This document shows positions 46,160-59,732 of a stretch of DNA of 64,000 nucleotides, one piece after another. Where the stretch lies: assembly GCA_964187785.1 (NCBI GenBank), contig OZ076413.1:8308001-8372000 (forward strand), given 5' to 3'. This DNA is from Amphiscolops sp. MND2022 (taxonomy: Eukaryota). Each line of letters opens with the position of its first letter. The stretch's first letter is position 1. The position numbers and the translations under genes are program-made. The notes beneath the pieces are model-generated. The model was not told the DNA's origin and did no database searches. It saw only the letters and a program-made list of their open reading frames with translations.

Positions 46160-46879
46160 TAACCAAACTGAAACGGAAATTGGGCTTTTGAAACTGAATT
46201 GGAAATGAATGCAATCAAGATTAGAAACTAAAACTGCCATTCGAAGTTCACTCAAGCCTGTTCAACTATAGGGCACGGCCCTCCATTCTTCGATAGTCAT
46301 GCACTTTTACTGGAGCAACGAAAGGTCATATTCGAAGGAGGACAATTATGAAGGTTCAAATGTTTCACTGAGAATGCGCCAGCGGAAAACCTTTCTTGGG
46401 CTGTACAATGTTTTAAAACTTCTTTGAATTGTCGGTATTTTCACAAATTGGCTTTGTTTACATGGTGGAACGCTTGAGTATGTGCTTAAATGTTCCAATA
46501 TCACATCGTCGTATGTCGGAGATATTAGTTTTTGTTTCGAAAAAAAGCAAATTAATCTGAAAGAATCTGATTTGCAGTTAAAGTATTCAGTTAAAGTTCA
46601 AAGCCCCATTCTTTTACGGCTGTCAGACCCAGTTACAAGAGCTGGAGACCACTCCAGCATTATTCAATCTATCTACTTCTCTTACTATTAATTTAAAAAA
46701 CGTTTCGATGTTCATTTCCCGAGTTAGAATGATGTTTACTCAACTTGGTTAATCCAAGTTGTTTTTTAAAGTTGAATTCTTTGCAGTTAAAGTATTAGTT
46801 GTCAAAGCCAATCTTTTTCTAACACAATAATGTCCTCATTATATTTATTTTGAGTTGTGCTGCTGTTTATAGAGAAGCA

Positions 46880-49800
46880 ATGGAGGTGTTGAAAGGATAT
46901 GCAGATGATTTGTACAACTTTTACTTGTACCACCACAGCAGAGGAGGTTAGTTAGTACTACTCGGGCTGTTCTGATTCGACACTTTTATCCGGAATATGA
47001 ATCGGATTTCTGGTGAGGCGCTTTAGTTCATTGGCTGGTTATATATTTTTGCTAAAATTCCAGAGCTCCGAAAGATCCATTGAAGTTTATTTTTCGGAAA
47101 CTGTTCTCGGGATTTGAAAAACAAGTATACTTTATGTATTGAATCCAAAAGGGCCTAAATATGGATAATCAAATTCTTGTTTTATATTCCCTTCCTACGA
47201 AAATAGCTGGTAATTGAAGTCAGTTGTATGCCTATTGAGAAACTTTCCGCGTGGTTTTAAAAAGTTGATTTGGACAGTTTTCTCTATTTACTTGAAAAAA
47301 AAACGGTTGCTTTTTGAGCAATGATTAAGCCTAAAGTGACGAGGAAATTTCTGAAGCCATCCAAACTGGTGCTTGAATATCTCTTAAGCTATTTGAGTTC
47401 GACCATAATTTGTAGCCCGTTCGAAAGAAGACTGCGGACTTTGCGCCAAAACCTTGCACGCCTCGTGTCTCTGATTGCAATTCAGTATGTTTCAAAACAT
47501 ACTAGGGACGCTACGACCCAACATTTTTTCCCTTAAAAACTGTTAATACGGACCGCGTATAATGAAGCCTCAAATAAGGTTGACCCTAGTGCAGATGGGG
47601 CGTGTCGTTAAAGATAATTGAAAAAAAGTAAACGACCAGGTGTCAAAACGCTGCAAGCTACAGAGCCTCCTTACGGTCTCAGTAACGGTCCCATGAAAAA
47701 CAAATTCTGAAAACATCGGCAAGTGGAGGATGTTATATAGAATAGGTCATGGTATCTCAATTTTATTGAACGTCCAGAGAAAAAAGGTTGATTATGGGAT
47801 TAGTTGCACCCGTAGAATAGTCAAGTTCGAGACAGCCCTCCCTCGTGGACAACACCGCTAATCGAAGATTCCGTGGCTAGTTCACGGCGCGTTGACCTAC
47901 AGCCCTTTAAACAGAGGACGCAAACTGCGAAGTTGGGTGAAACATAGATAATGGCTTCAGAGTAACTTTCAGTACTTTTTCGTTGACTTCTGACGCAAGT
48001 CTGGATATGACTTTCGTGGCTGATGGTCCAGCTCCACCAGTGCAGGTGAATACGAGCAAGTTGAAGGTGCTCTTTTTAACGTTGACATTTCGAGACTTCG
48101 AGTTCGACATATTTGAGCTTCTGTGTTTCATGGAACTTGTATGCCCCGTTGATCTCCTTGTGGCATGATTTGGTTAGTGGGTTTAAAAATTTTTACGTCG
48201 AGCAATGTTCGGCAAGAACGTGAATCCCAGAATCCATTGGCTTTAGAGTCTTAGTTTTGCTCCGTCTTCAGTTGTCGTGGTTTTATGAACGAAGGACTCG
48301 CCTTCTAACGGCTGAAGCTTCGGCTCGATTTTGACATCAAAACAGGTGTCTCGACTTTTATCATGTAGTATTTGTGTATAACCGCACTTGTTGCATTGGG
48401 GAGAATACGACAGGCTGAAAGGGTCTCTGCGCGGACATATTCCCGATATTTTGAGAGGTTCCCAACTATAGCGCAAAACTAAACCGTCACAGAATTCAGT
48501 TTTTGTGACGTCAAAGTGATAGCGCTTCAGTGGCAGCGTGTTTAGCCAACTCGACGCGCCTTTTTCAACGGCGAGATCTATTGGATCTTCATGGATTTTG
48601 AATCCGTTTTATTGTAACAGTTTGTTCCAGTTCCGCAACCACATCATCGCTTTCTAGACATGACGACGTCTCTCTAGATCAGTTGATTTCTTGCAGTCGG
48701 TCTTCAGGTAGAAATTTGTTTAGCCCTGCGTCCCTGGCCGGAAACTTGTTCTGAAGTTCCTTAGTCAAACAGTGATACGCGTTATGTGAAGAAGTTTGAG
48801 CGAGTTTTGATAGCTTTTGAACGACTCCAATTTACTCGTTTTAAGTTTGTAATCATTGCACGCTGATTCTCAACCTATTACCGAGTCGAGGACACTGTGT
48901 CCATCGACAATTTCTACTTCGCTGTTGTCGAACATTGACAACAGTAGGATAAAGTGGCGACAAACAGAAACTTTTAAATCTGTACCGTTTTTTTTCGATT
49001 TTTTGATTCCGGTCATCAAGTCAATAATTCGTGATAATGTGTGTAATGCTATGTAATATCGTTTGAAATTCCTATTCGAGAGTTCTTTTCCGTGCGTTCA
49101 GCTAGTGTCTTCAGAAGTTTGCAGAAACTTATTGGTACGAATTCGACCCAATCGTCTTTTTACGGTTAAGTTTGTGACTTGTTTGTTGAGGGAGATGTGA
49201 ATTGGTTTGATTGGTGGTTTAGATCCCCGGACGAAAGACTGGCTGCTGGTGGAGAACTTCACCCCCACACTGGCACTGACCTGTCTGTACCTGCTGACTG
49301 TGTGGCAGCTGCCCAAGTTGATGCGCGACCGCAAGCCCCTGCAGCTGAGCAAGTTCATGGTCGTCTACAACCTGGCCCTCGTCGTGCTCAACTTCCACAT
49401 CTGCTCAGAGGTACTTGCATTGCTTCTCGTTGAAGGTCTAACAATCACATGCTATAGTACCCCTGACAGGGCTCTGACATCATCATCGCTAATTTCAACT
49501 GCTAATCGCTAAATCGTTAATTTCCCAATCGCCCACCAAGTTAAACAACCTATCAGGTTGAACAGACTTTGCTGGTTTGCAACTACAAAAGTAGAAACAC
49601 TTTTTCGAAGTGCAGGGACAAGACTGACCGCTAAAAAACGTGCGGTTTATGTTTATGGATAGAACCAGAAAATACCGATTTTTAAGTGTTTCCAGGGAAC
49701 TCATTTCAGTTCTAATTGTTTTTGTAGATTTCTTAATAATAAAGGAGAACTGAATAAGTATTTGCCAAACAATGCCATAAACTTAGGCTCCAATATTTAT

Positions 49801-52800
49801 GAGGCTGTTTTTGATTGACATACCCGGTAGGTTTCTGCACTATGGTATTGCTCCGAATTGCGTTAAATACTATGTAAGTTATAATGATCCTTTTCAAACG
49901 AAAACGTTTTTTTTATTTGAACCTTTTTTTGAATTCAAAACAACATTGGGGGTTTATACGAACATCATGTAAAAATAAAGTCTATGCACGCTTAATTTGT
50001 GGGCTAGTTAAGCTGTAGATTGTTGTAACGCGAAATATGGTAATTTTTTCTTGGAATGTCAAAAGTGATCTGTGGAAGTAGCTCTTCACTCTAATTCGCC
50101 TAACCATTTTATTGAGTTTAAGCCAATCAACCAATGCTTTCTGTGTTTTAGTTGTTCTTGGGCTCTTTCAACGCAGGCTACAGCTACATCTGCCAGCCAA
50201 TCAAATACTCGTTTGAAGAGCAGGAACTTCGGGTGAGTCTCATCTGTTAGACACCTCATTTTTAAACAATCATCTTGAAACATATTTCCATGAACTTTGT
50301 GGATATTGAGACAGTAATTTGATTCCCTTTTGTTTGCCACATTTCCCATGTGAGCTTAAAAAGGCATTTTTCGATTAAAAACTTAAAACCAGCCTAAGTT
50401 GGGACCTTTTGGTGAAAATTTCCGGGAAAAAATGTCGCACAATGCAGAAAATGAACCCATATATGGGTTGAAATCCAAAAATGTTTGAAAATGGAAAGGA
50501 AGACCTTTTGAATGCTTGCGGCATTTTCATGAAGCGCCGACTAAAAATGGAGCTTGTATGCTGGTCCAAATGTTTTCTTATTGAAAGTAGATGCTTTTCG
50601 GGGCAGTCTTTTTCCAAAATTTCTCAAAGTTTTCAATTTGTATCGCTGGCTGGGTCTGAATAGAATTGTACAAATGGAGAGAATATTCGCATGTCAACAC
50701 ATTTCGTGTTTCAAAATTTGGGCTTGTGTGAATCAACTGATGTGTTGTTTTTGCCATGAAAAGATAATTACTGTTCGGAAAGTAGTTTTATTAGCAAATG
50801 CAATCAGTTTCTGTGCAACAGGAGTTCGAAATCTTTGAGATGGGCAGCAAATGTACTTGTTTTATCTATGACAAATTGTAGACGAGAATTCTTTTTAAAC
50901 ATTAAATATCTTTTAATGTATTCGTTTGACAAAAAAGTAACTCGGATTTCGATAAGAATTACAATGTCTTTTTTTCCGTTTCGAAATGTAGTCAAAATTC
51001 AATAAGTTATACATTGTATTGTATTGTGAATTTCATTACGCAATATCGCAAAAACTATTGGTCAGAAAAACCTACGAGAATCATTTTTGTAGCATTGACA
51101 CCTGATTCCAAAATAAAAGTACTTCAGTAATTCTGATCAATTTTTGAGAAAGTTTCCAATTGGAACTTTTGTGCCGACTAATAATGTAAAAATTTAATGC
51201 GGTTGGAATTTTTTGTCAGCGAAATTGGGTGTCGTAAGCTTGGGTACCCTGGTGAAGTTTGATATATCAAATTACAAGCATGCTACTCGAACCGATTATA
51301 CGTTCATCTTTTTTTATGTCTCAATTATACAACTTGGAGGACTTGGAACCTTTTGCTCTTGAAGAATTTTACGCAATTCCTGACCAATATGTACAAAAAC
51401 TTTCCAATTCGATGAAAACTTGGTTCGTTTTTACCAAAATGAACCGGGGAGGTTTCACCCAATTTCGAAAGCTTCAAAGTTTTATCTAGTTCGATGTTAT
51501 TATTTAACATTTTCATGAGGTTATTCAATTGAAAATTTTGAATATATTCCCATTTCTTTTCACACCCCTATGTTCCATTTCTTTATCACGGTACTGCATT
51601 GTTGTGAACAATTATATCGATGTGAACAATTATGTTTTTCAGTTTAGTGTCGTGAACATCTGCTTTTCAGCTGAGCATGACGCCAAATTCCGGACACTAA
51701 GTATCGCACACACTCCAAATTTGGATTCAGTTGTCATTCATTGTGACAGCTGCGTGAAATTATTTTCATCTCAAGTATCTGCTCTTCGGTTGCAAAGACC
51801 GATTTTTGATCACGAAAGCGTTGCTGCAACATCTCAACTTTTTTGGAACTGAATCCAAAACTTGAATTGAAGATGCGAATAGAAAATGGACATGTTTAAC
51901 ATGAATCATGTCATGGATTACAACATTTATTGGAGTATGCTTAGATCAAGTTCAAATATAAGAAATAAGTTCATTACTTTTTGCTAGTTTCACGTGCTTT
52001 TATTTTTGCATTGTAAAAATAGAAATTTTAGACATTTTTTTGGTTTTTTGAAGTATACTCTGTGTATTTCTCAATTTTTTTTGGTTTTTTGAAGTATACT
52101 CTCTATATATTTCTCAAAATACATCATGTTTCTCAAATGCATTCAACTCCGGTAAATTCGTATCCGGATAGTTCCAGTTTTTGTTAATTTCATATGTATC
52201 TGAGACCCCCATTTCACGACGACCAAAGTAATATCATCCAATTAATTCGGATTTCTCATAACTCATACTATTTTATTTGGCCCCTAGCGATACGAATTAA
52301 GCGTATTCAACTGTGGTTTTGCATTAGGAGGTTTTCGTTTTCAGTGAGGGATTTTGTAAGTTGCAGAAAGGTCCTGATCGCCGTATCTCTATTCTAAATT
52401 TCAGCTGCAAAAGTAACTCGTGTAAAGGGTATCACCATTTATCCGAAATGAAATTTGATATTTGAGCGAGTTTTGGCTGGGTTGCTTTATATTTTTTGTC
52501 ACAAGAACATTTCGTAAACACGAAGAGGGAAGTCTCGTGTCATATATTTTCTACAGTAGTGATTCTAGAAAAAGCAACAATGTAAATCTTGTATCTCAAA
52601 AACGGCAGTTTTTTGAAAGTTGGTAAAAGTATAGATTACTTAGTATTTACAAATCTAGCTAGATCTTTCTTTGATTTTTTACAAATCTGTTTGTTTGAAA
52701 AATATGGGATGAAAAATTGTAAAAGTCAAGGCCATTTTTAGCCTTAATTGGGATATTTCTCACTTTTAAGAAATTTCATGTTCAACCAAGGTTGGCATTG

Positions 52801-55528
52801 TTTTAAACAGGTGTTTTAAACAAGGGATAAAAAACGTTTTAAACAGCTTTGAAAAAAAAAGTTTTTTATTTTTTCCCTTACAGTATTATGACACAAACCT
52901 AATGTCTTCTGTTATTAGTAATAGTTTTAGTGATTACTGAACCAGTGTTTTTCTTTCTTTCAGCTTTGATTCTCTTCATCTGAAAACGTAAAGGGCCTTG
53001 TATATATTCGACATTGTAAGGCCGATATCATGCCTGATGTCATGAAATTTTTAGCGAAAGAAGATCCCTTTGTGCCAAGTGTTTTTGAAAAAGTTTGCTT
53101 TGTGTCTTTTACCGGCTGTGTGCAAATTGTGAATTTCATATTCACTGAAATGAAAAAAATTGACTGTGTTGTATGTTTTTATTAGACGAGTCTGCAGTTA
53201 TTTTGCATTTCTTTGAAAAAAAAACAATAAAAAACAAAAAACATGCATTTTTCGAAAAAAAAGAAAAAAAAACTGTATAAAACGAAAAAAAAACATGTTT
53301 AAATCGCAACCTTGTGTTCAACCGACCCCTTCTGATTTTACTGAAGCCCCTCGTATGTTTTGATTAGCAAATCATTCTGAAATCTTGGAAGAAGTAAGCT
53401 GTTTTTTTTTGTTCAGTTGTGGTGTGTTTAGATCTCGCGTGCGATCTGGTGGTTCTACGTGTCGAAGCTGGGCGAGTTTGTGGACACGGTCATCTTCATT
53501 CTGCGCAAGAAGAACGACCAGCTGTCGTTCCTGCACGTGTACCACCACGCCACCATGTTCCCCATCTGGTGGATCGGCGTCAAGTGGGTGGCCGGCGGAC
53601 AGTGTTAGTCAACTATAACTACAACAACCAGTCACCCTAACCATCCCCCCCAACAACACATGATTACACTTGCGATAAGCAAGTGTTATGGGAAAGTGCG
53701 GGTCCTTTTTTTCCGGGCGACAACTCTCTCGTTTCAGCCCGCTAGTCGCATAGTTCAGGCGTTCGTGGTCTAGTGGTAAGATGCTTGCTTTTCAACTCAG
53801 AGGTTTCGTGTTCGAACCCGTGGGTATGCGCTTATTTTTTTTACAAGTATTCCGAAGCAGAATGTTCAGTTTTTTCGGCACTATGAGACTTCCCCCCTCC
53901 CCTTTTCGGCTTTGTGAGACTTTTTTTCGAAAATTTTTCCCCCCTTCAATTTTTTGGAATTTTGCAACAGAATGGATGTTAAAAAAAATCTCAAAGAGCC
54001 TCCTTTCTCAGTTTTCGGCATTGTGAGATTTTTCAAAAGGAATAATTTTCGTCTTAAAATTTAAGCTTTCTCAGGCCCATGCGATTTTATTCGATGCTAT
54101 TAAAAAAATTGTTTTCAACGAAGCCCCCTCCCCTCTCAATTCTTACAAGAAACGAAACGTTCTGCGATTGTAAAGGAACTCCTCAAGGTTTTCGGCACTA
54201 TGCGACTTACCGGAGACCTTCATCAAAAAAATTTTTCGAAAATTTTTTTCCTCAATTTTCTGTTTTTTTTTTCGAAAGGTTTCCGTTGAGAAAGATGGGT
54301 TATTGCTGTTTCCAGTTGGGGAAGAATGGTTTTCGAGACTTATGCGTATCTCTTCGGGTATTTTTTGGCGCTGTAAAATTGATGAAATTTTAACAATGTC
54401 CTTTTACCCTTGGTTCACCGTATGATATTGCTTATTTGGTTTTCCTCGAAAGTTCGCAAGTGTTTGCCAAGCACGGCTTCGCCTGTGTTAATTCGGGTTC
54501 GTGCTAAGGGAAATTGGCCAAATGGTCGACCAAGTGCTGATTCTCTAACGCATAAATATCACGCATGCGTTTATTCTGTATCATTTATTCTTCTCGAAGC
54601 ATCCAATCAAAGCCATAAAAATGCCAGCACCATGGAAACCAGAAGTCATGTTTACATCGAATCGATAGCCATACTGAATTAGGGGAAACATAATGTGCTA
54701 TTTTTGTGATGGTGATATCAGATTAGAGAAAGAAATCACAATTTTATGTTTCCCATAAATCATACTTTCTCGCAATGTGAGTTATATTATAGCGAAAATG
54801 AATTAACAGCGAGAAAATTCTTGGAACACTCAGAAAATTTCAAGAATTTCGTCATCAAATGTAGAAACATCTTTCCTAATGAGCCATTTACAAAAAAAAA
54901 TTAGGAAGATGCGTTTTTCGATAGGTTATTATTACTTAATCGGTTTAGTTAGCCCCGTGTCGCCTCGTAAATTTGGTCTTTTTTACAAGCAGGTGCTTGT
55001 AGTAACAGCACATGTGATTTTGTTGCACAAGGTTTTCCTGTGTAAATGTATAGGGTTTCTCTGTTTTTATGCCTGAAGGAGTTTCGGGAAAATCCAGCCA
55101 TTTTTGCAAGAAAAGCCAAAGTTTCACAGCGTCAGAGAAATCCACTTTCTAGTTCATAAAAACGTAGGCTGCTTCAAAGCATTGCTATGTTAATTGAGGT
55201 TCAAGTGTAATTCAAGCGTAAAAAATTCACGAACGGTTCAGTGAATAAATGAAATTCTAAAGCGTCGGTTTTTTCAAAGTTTCAAGTTATTGAGGTTGTC
55301 GATGAAATATTGTCTTGTAACTTTATACTTTCCGTTTTTGTTCCGATTATTTCATTTTTTTTCCAATTCAACATAGAAATCAATGATGCATGTGTTGCAG
55401 CGTTTTTCGGGGCGATGTTGAACTCTGGCATCCACGTGCTCATGTATCTCTACTACGGACTGGCTGCGATCGGACCCCAGATGCAGAAGTACCTGGGCTG
55501 GAAGAGATACCTCACACAAATACAGCTG
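46880..55528 (+). CDS. ELOVL4: ELOVL4-like fatty acid elongase, five coding exons; last exon not in the window
   Basis: Exons 46880-46946, 49223-49410 (188 nt), 50152-50232 (81), 53432-53603 (172) and 55401-55528 (128), all phase-compatible GT-AG. Motifs [21 protein letters not shown] and [12 protein letters not shown]. Internal exon sizes match those I recall for vertebrate ELOVL4; subfamily call needs a tree. Confidence 0.93.
47830..48560 (-). pseudogene. CRE-like (restriction-like endonuclease) non-LTR retrotransposon 3' fragment in ELOVL intron 1
   Basis: [49 protein letters not shown] and [23 protein letters not shown], characteristic of CRE C-termini; degenerate. Confidence 0.75.
53759..54560 (+). 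mobile_element. tRNA-derived SINE-like repeat in ELOVL intron 4
   Basis: Head GCGTTCGTGGTCTAGTGGTAAG...GTTCGAACCC with A and B boxes (tRNA-Gly/Glu-like, broken acceptor stem). Body has repeated TTTCGGCACTATG(A/C)GACT. Confidence 0.6.
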
Positions 55529-56269
55529 GTAGGTATCATACCTTAGATGGCATCATGGTAGATACATCTCTCATGCATTTCATAGTAGAGTTTCTCCCAA
55601 CCTTATGTCCTTCAACGTTTTCACCCTTTCAAAAAACTGTTTGCAAAAAGTCTTGACCTGCGAAGAAATTGTTTCGGTCTGATACTGGCGGTCTGGAGAT
55701 CTTACAATTCTTGAATTGAAACTCCAGCTCACTTCTATCTATCATGTGATACCTTTTCAAATTTTTTCTGCGTGTCAATTTTTTGGATCAACGATTGAAC
55801 AAAATACCAAAATGGAAGCTTTAGATGTGTGTCCACTCATCGTGAAAATAAAATTGGTGTCCGGACATTAGCTACAAGGCCGTTTGCTACTAGGACATTT
55901 GCCGAAAACTTGGTGCTATTACGGAAAGAGCGATGAGACTTATTGGTAAATTATCAAAATGTAGTTCCCTGGTATTAAAGACGATAATTGTCAAAATTGT
56001 CAGTTAATTGAGTCGTGAAATGTGAATTCACTTGTGCTTTCAGACTCGAAATCAGAAAGTTTTTCCCATAGTTAACAGCTGATATCCCCATAGTTGAAAT
56101 TAGTATCAAACTACCTAGCGTTGGAGGCTAGTAAGCTACTAACACCGTGGGAAGAGGAGGGGAAGAGATTTTGTATTTGATTGAAGTGTTGTCTTTCCGA
56201 AAAAATAGAATTTTCGAAAAGTGTACGTGAAAGTTTTCCAGAAAATGGGGAATGACGCGCGCAATTATC

Positions 56270-56470
56270 CTTGATGTTCCACTAACGGATTCGATAAGAA
56301 GACGCCCGCTAAGCATCGGGATATTTTCCGCAACACGTTTATTGCGAAAAAAAGTATAGCGAAGGAGAGGTTCAAACTCACAACCAACTGGCTGGGAAAC
56401 AAAAAAATCAAGCACCAGCCCGGGTTCGAACCCACGACCTCGTGTCTGCCAACTGCGCCATTGTGACTAG
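56270..56470 (-). mobile_element. tRNA-derived SINE-like remnant
   Basis: Minus strand TGGCGCAGTTGGCAGACACGAGGTCGTGGGTTCGAACCCGGG (A and B boxes) followed by a T-rich body. Confidence 0.5.
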
Positions 56471-56689
56471 ATGGAGTTACTATATGTGAGTCACTAAATG
56501 GAGTAAATTCGTGTTACTAAATGGAGTAATAAATAGGAGTTTTGGCAGAATTAGTAAAAAAAACGCGTCACAGATCATGATTTTCCTCCCCCATTTATGT
56601 GGGCTAAAAATAATGATTTATTTTTGGAAAACGAGTGAAGTGTGAAAAAACCGGACTTACACCCTGGAACAATTACAGCTGTTGATCTT

Positions 56690-59400
56690 CCAAAAATGCC
56701 ATCTGAAGTGGGTGTTATGACTTCAATAGCTCAATATTCAAAGGGTAAAACACAACGTTACTTTTCCGTTGCTGTGATATTAATTCGAGAAAAACGGAGT
56801 CTAAGTTGGAAAATGATTGTTTCGATCATTTTTCACGGTTCTTCCCAAATCACACGTTACAAAGAGCCCCGGAATAATTTTTTCATTGAATATATTTTGA
56901 TATTGTAACATGCATAAGAGAAAATAAACAACCAAATGTCAGATAGTTTTGACAATTTAATTGAATGAAGTCTTGACAATAAATAATGAAAAAGTCCAAA
57001 ATCTGTTACGATTTTTTGTCTAACCACTATGGCCACCAATACGGTAGACCTCTGTGGTTTAACCACTGTTTGAAGCTTGGGCATCGGTTGTTTCAATAGT
57101 TTGTTGCCTGGGATGTTGGAGATGCAAAACAGCGTCGGGGAGCTTTCTTTCAAGGTCTTTATGGAGATAATGTGGTACTCGTGTACTTTGTCGAAGCTTC
57201 ATCTTCCTTCGAGGGTTTGAAACCGCCCAATACTTCGTAACCGGGACTGTCTTCAAGATCGTTAATTGCCCCAATGAAATCCTTTAAACTGTTCCGGAAC
57301 TGAAAGGAGACTTGCTGTTTTATTCAATTATGGTTAACCGCACACAACTTGGAGAACTTAACGCTAATAAAAGTGGACTTCTGATGCACTGTGCTTGTCA
57401 GGTCCAGTTCAATCAAACAACGTGGTCCCCACTCTGGCAACCCCGTTCTGTCAACACAAACACAGAGTGAGTTGCCTGCAGCGTGGCCGTCACAAAAGAG
57501 TGGCCTGCGCAGATATCCACAGTGGGCATTTGGAATTTGATATTCAGGGAAGTTGTAGCCAAGTGAAACCAAGTCATATCACTTTCGCTATTCAGGTCAT
57601 AGGGAGGCAATTCGTTTGGTCCAAATGGATTCCAGGGGGATAAAGGTCTCACTGGTTGTAATTACAACGTAGGTGGAGTCTATCATTACACCCTTCATAC
57701 AGGACCGTGGTGCCTTGTCAGCATCTGGCCTTTTATCGTTCGCAGCGAAAAGAGCGAACACTTGCGAAAATACAAATCGTCACATTTGATGTGTTCAAGA
57801 AATCTTGTGGGTTGAGAAAAGCCTTTCAATTATAGTTGAGTCTGATTATGAAATTGTATGTGAAAATGAAAATAGTATTTATTGCTTTAGAAAAATGAGT
57901 TATCGTTTCTTCTTTATTTTTGACAGATTCATCTAGCGCTGCATGCTTGCACTATGGGAGAAGGGGTACAAGGAAGAGGAGAATGAGGAGGAAGAGTAGG
58001 AAGAGCCGGAGAAGAACTGAATGGAGGAGTGGAAAAGAACTGTAATTACTTGAATAATATTATCAAGGAATAGAATTTTTCTAATTTTTCAACAGATGTT
58101 TTGAAAAGATACCAAAAGACGTTCATGCTAGTTTACTACGAAACACTACCCGATTATATGAGTCTTAAAATAGTAGGAAACCAGGGAACTATGTGAATAT
58201 TAGAATTACCTTAAACCACTTACTTCTTCAACTGAATGATGAGAAGGCCTCAACGAGAATGCCTCCTGAAGTGGGCGTGATTGAATAATTGCAAAAATAC
58301 AAAGTATTAAAAAACTTAATCACAACGTTTGCTTTGTCAGTACTATAACTCATTTACTAATTAGAGATTAAAAAGATGTCAAAGTTGAAAAAGATAGTTC
58401 AAATGATTAATACTGAACAAACCTTAATACTGAACAAACCAAATGAAAAGTTTCAAGGTTTTTCTATTTATTTCATTGTGATATTGGAAAAGAACAACGT
58501 AACATAAACAACGAAGTGTTATATGGTATTGGTAAATTCAAATAATGAACTCTTAGCACTAAATGCAGAAACAGTGCTTAAACTTACACTAGTTTTTGTA
58601 AAACGAATCAAAAGATGACTTGACAGAAAGTAATCAAAAACGTTCAGGAACTGAATCTAATTTTTCTCCAACTACCATGGCCACCCTAGCGGTAGACCTT
58701 TGTGGTTTATTAGTTTGAAGTTGTGGCGACGGAAGCAGTAACAGATGGGGCGTTGGGTAACTTCGTGGTGTCCTGGGGTGTCGAAGGAGCTTCACAGGAT
58801 CAGGGAGCGGATTTACCAAGGGCGTTATTGAAATGATGTGGTACTCGTGTACCTCGTGAAGACTTTCGCCATCTTGCTTGGAGGGTTTGAACCAGCCCAT
58901 AACCTCAAAACCTGCACTGTCTTGAAGATTGTTTATTCCATTGATAAATTCCCTTAAATTGCGCCTGAATGTTATCAACTGAAACGACGAATCTTGTGGC
59001 TTAATGAACTTGTGGTTCACGACGCACAGCTTTGAGAGTTTGACGCTTATGAAAGCCGACTTTTGATGGGCTGTTTGCGTCAGGTCCAGCTCATTACATG
59101 TACTTAAACAGCGTATACCCCACTCAGGTAAACCTGTTTTTTCCACACAAACACAGTGAGCTGCCTGCACCTTGACCATCACAAAAATGGCCAGGACAGA
59201 GATCCACAGTTGGCACCGGAAATTTCAAACTGAGGGACGTTGTGAGAAAGTGGAACCATATCGTGTCGGACTCACTGCTGAGGTCATATGGCGACAATAC
59301 GTTTTGTCCTAGTGGACAACGTTTTTTCAAAGGGATAAATGGCTCAGTGGTGGTGATGAGAATGTTGGTAGTGTCTATCATCACACCTTTCATACGTGGC
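56690..59400 (-). pseudogene. Two paralogous, disrupted copies (~1.6-kb unit) of an uncharacterised Cys-rich ORF
   Basis: PYDLNSESDMTWFH..KFQMPTVDIC.GH.FCDG..CVCV..TGLPEWG in copy ~56990-57720 versus PYDLSSESDTIWFH..KFPVPTVDLCPGHFCDG..CVCV..TGLPEWG in copy ~58634-59400. Confidence 0.7.
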
Positions 59401-59732
59401 TCGATAACACGTCGGGGGCGACCAATAATTCAAATGAACAAAACCTAATTATGTAGTTAATATCACCAAACCATTGAGAAGATTCATTAATTAACAGGAA
59501 CAGTGAAAGGAAAGCGATAGGTCGCGCCCGCACACAGCCCTAACAGGCATGGCGCGGGCGATTTAATCTTCATTGAGCTATGATGCACTTTTTAGTTGGC
59601 GCTTTTCGAAGAAAAACGCAGGCTATAGTAGTGACTTCTTTTTTTAAGACCAACGAACTGACAGATTTTATAAATTTTTTAAGTTGACCGACTAACACTA
59701 AACTGCCACTACTGCCACACTACTTCACTGCC

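Noticed and set aside
50300-53400. Short ORFs in AT-rich ELOVL introns
   Set aside because: 60-110 aa, no motifs, low-complexity composition; consistent with chance ORFs.
53759-53831. Functional tRNA gene
   Set aside because: A and B boxes are present, but the acceptor and anticodon stems do not pair properly and a repeat body follows; treated as a SINE head.
49223-55528. Algal or foreign origin of the ELOVL gene because of high GC3
   Set aside because: Exon sizes and phases follow the animal ELOVL4 pattern, and the introns carry the same repeats as the surrounding genome.
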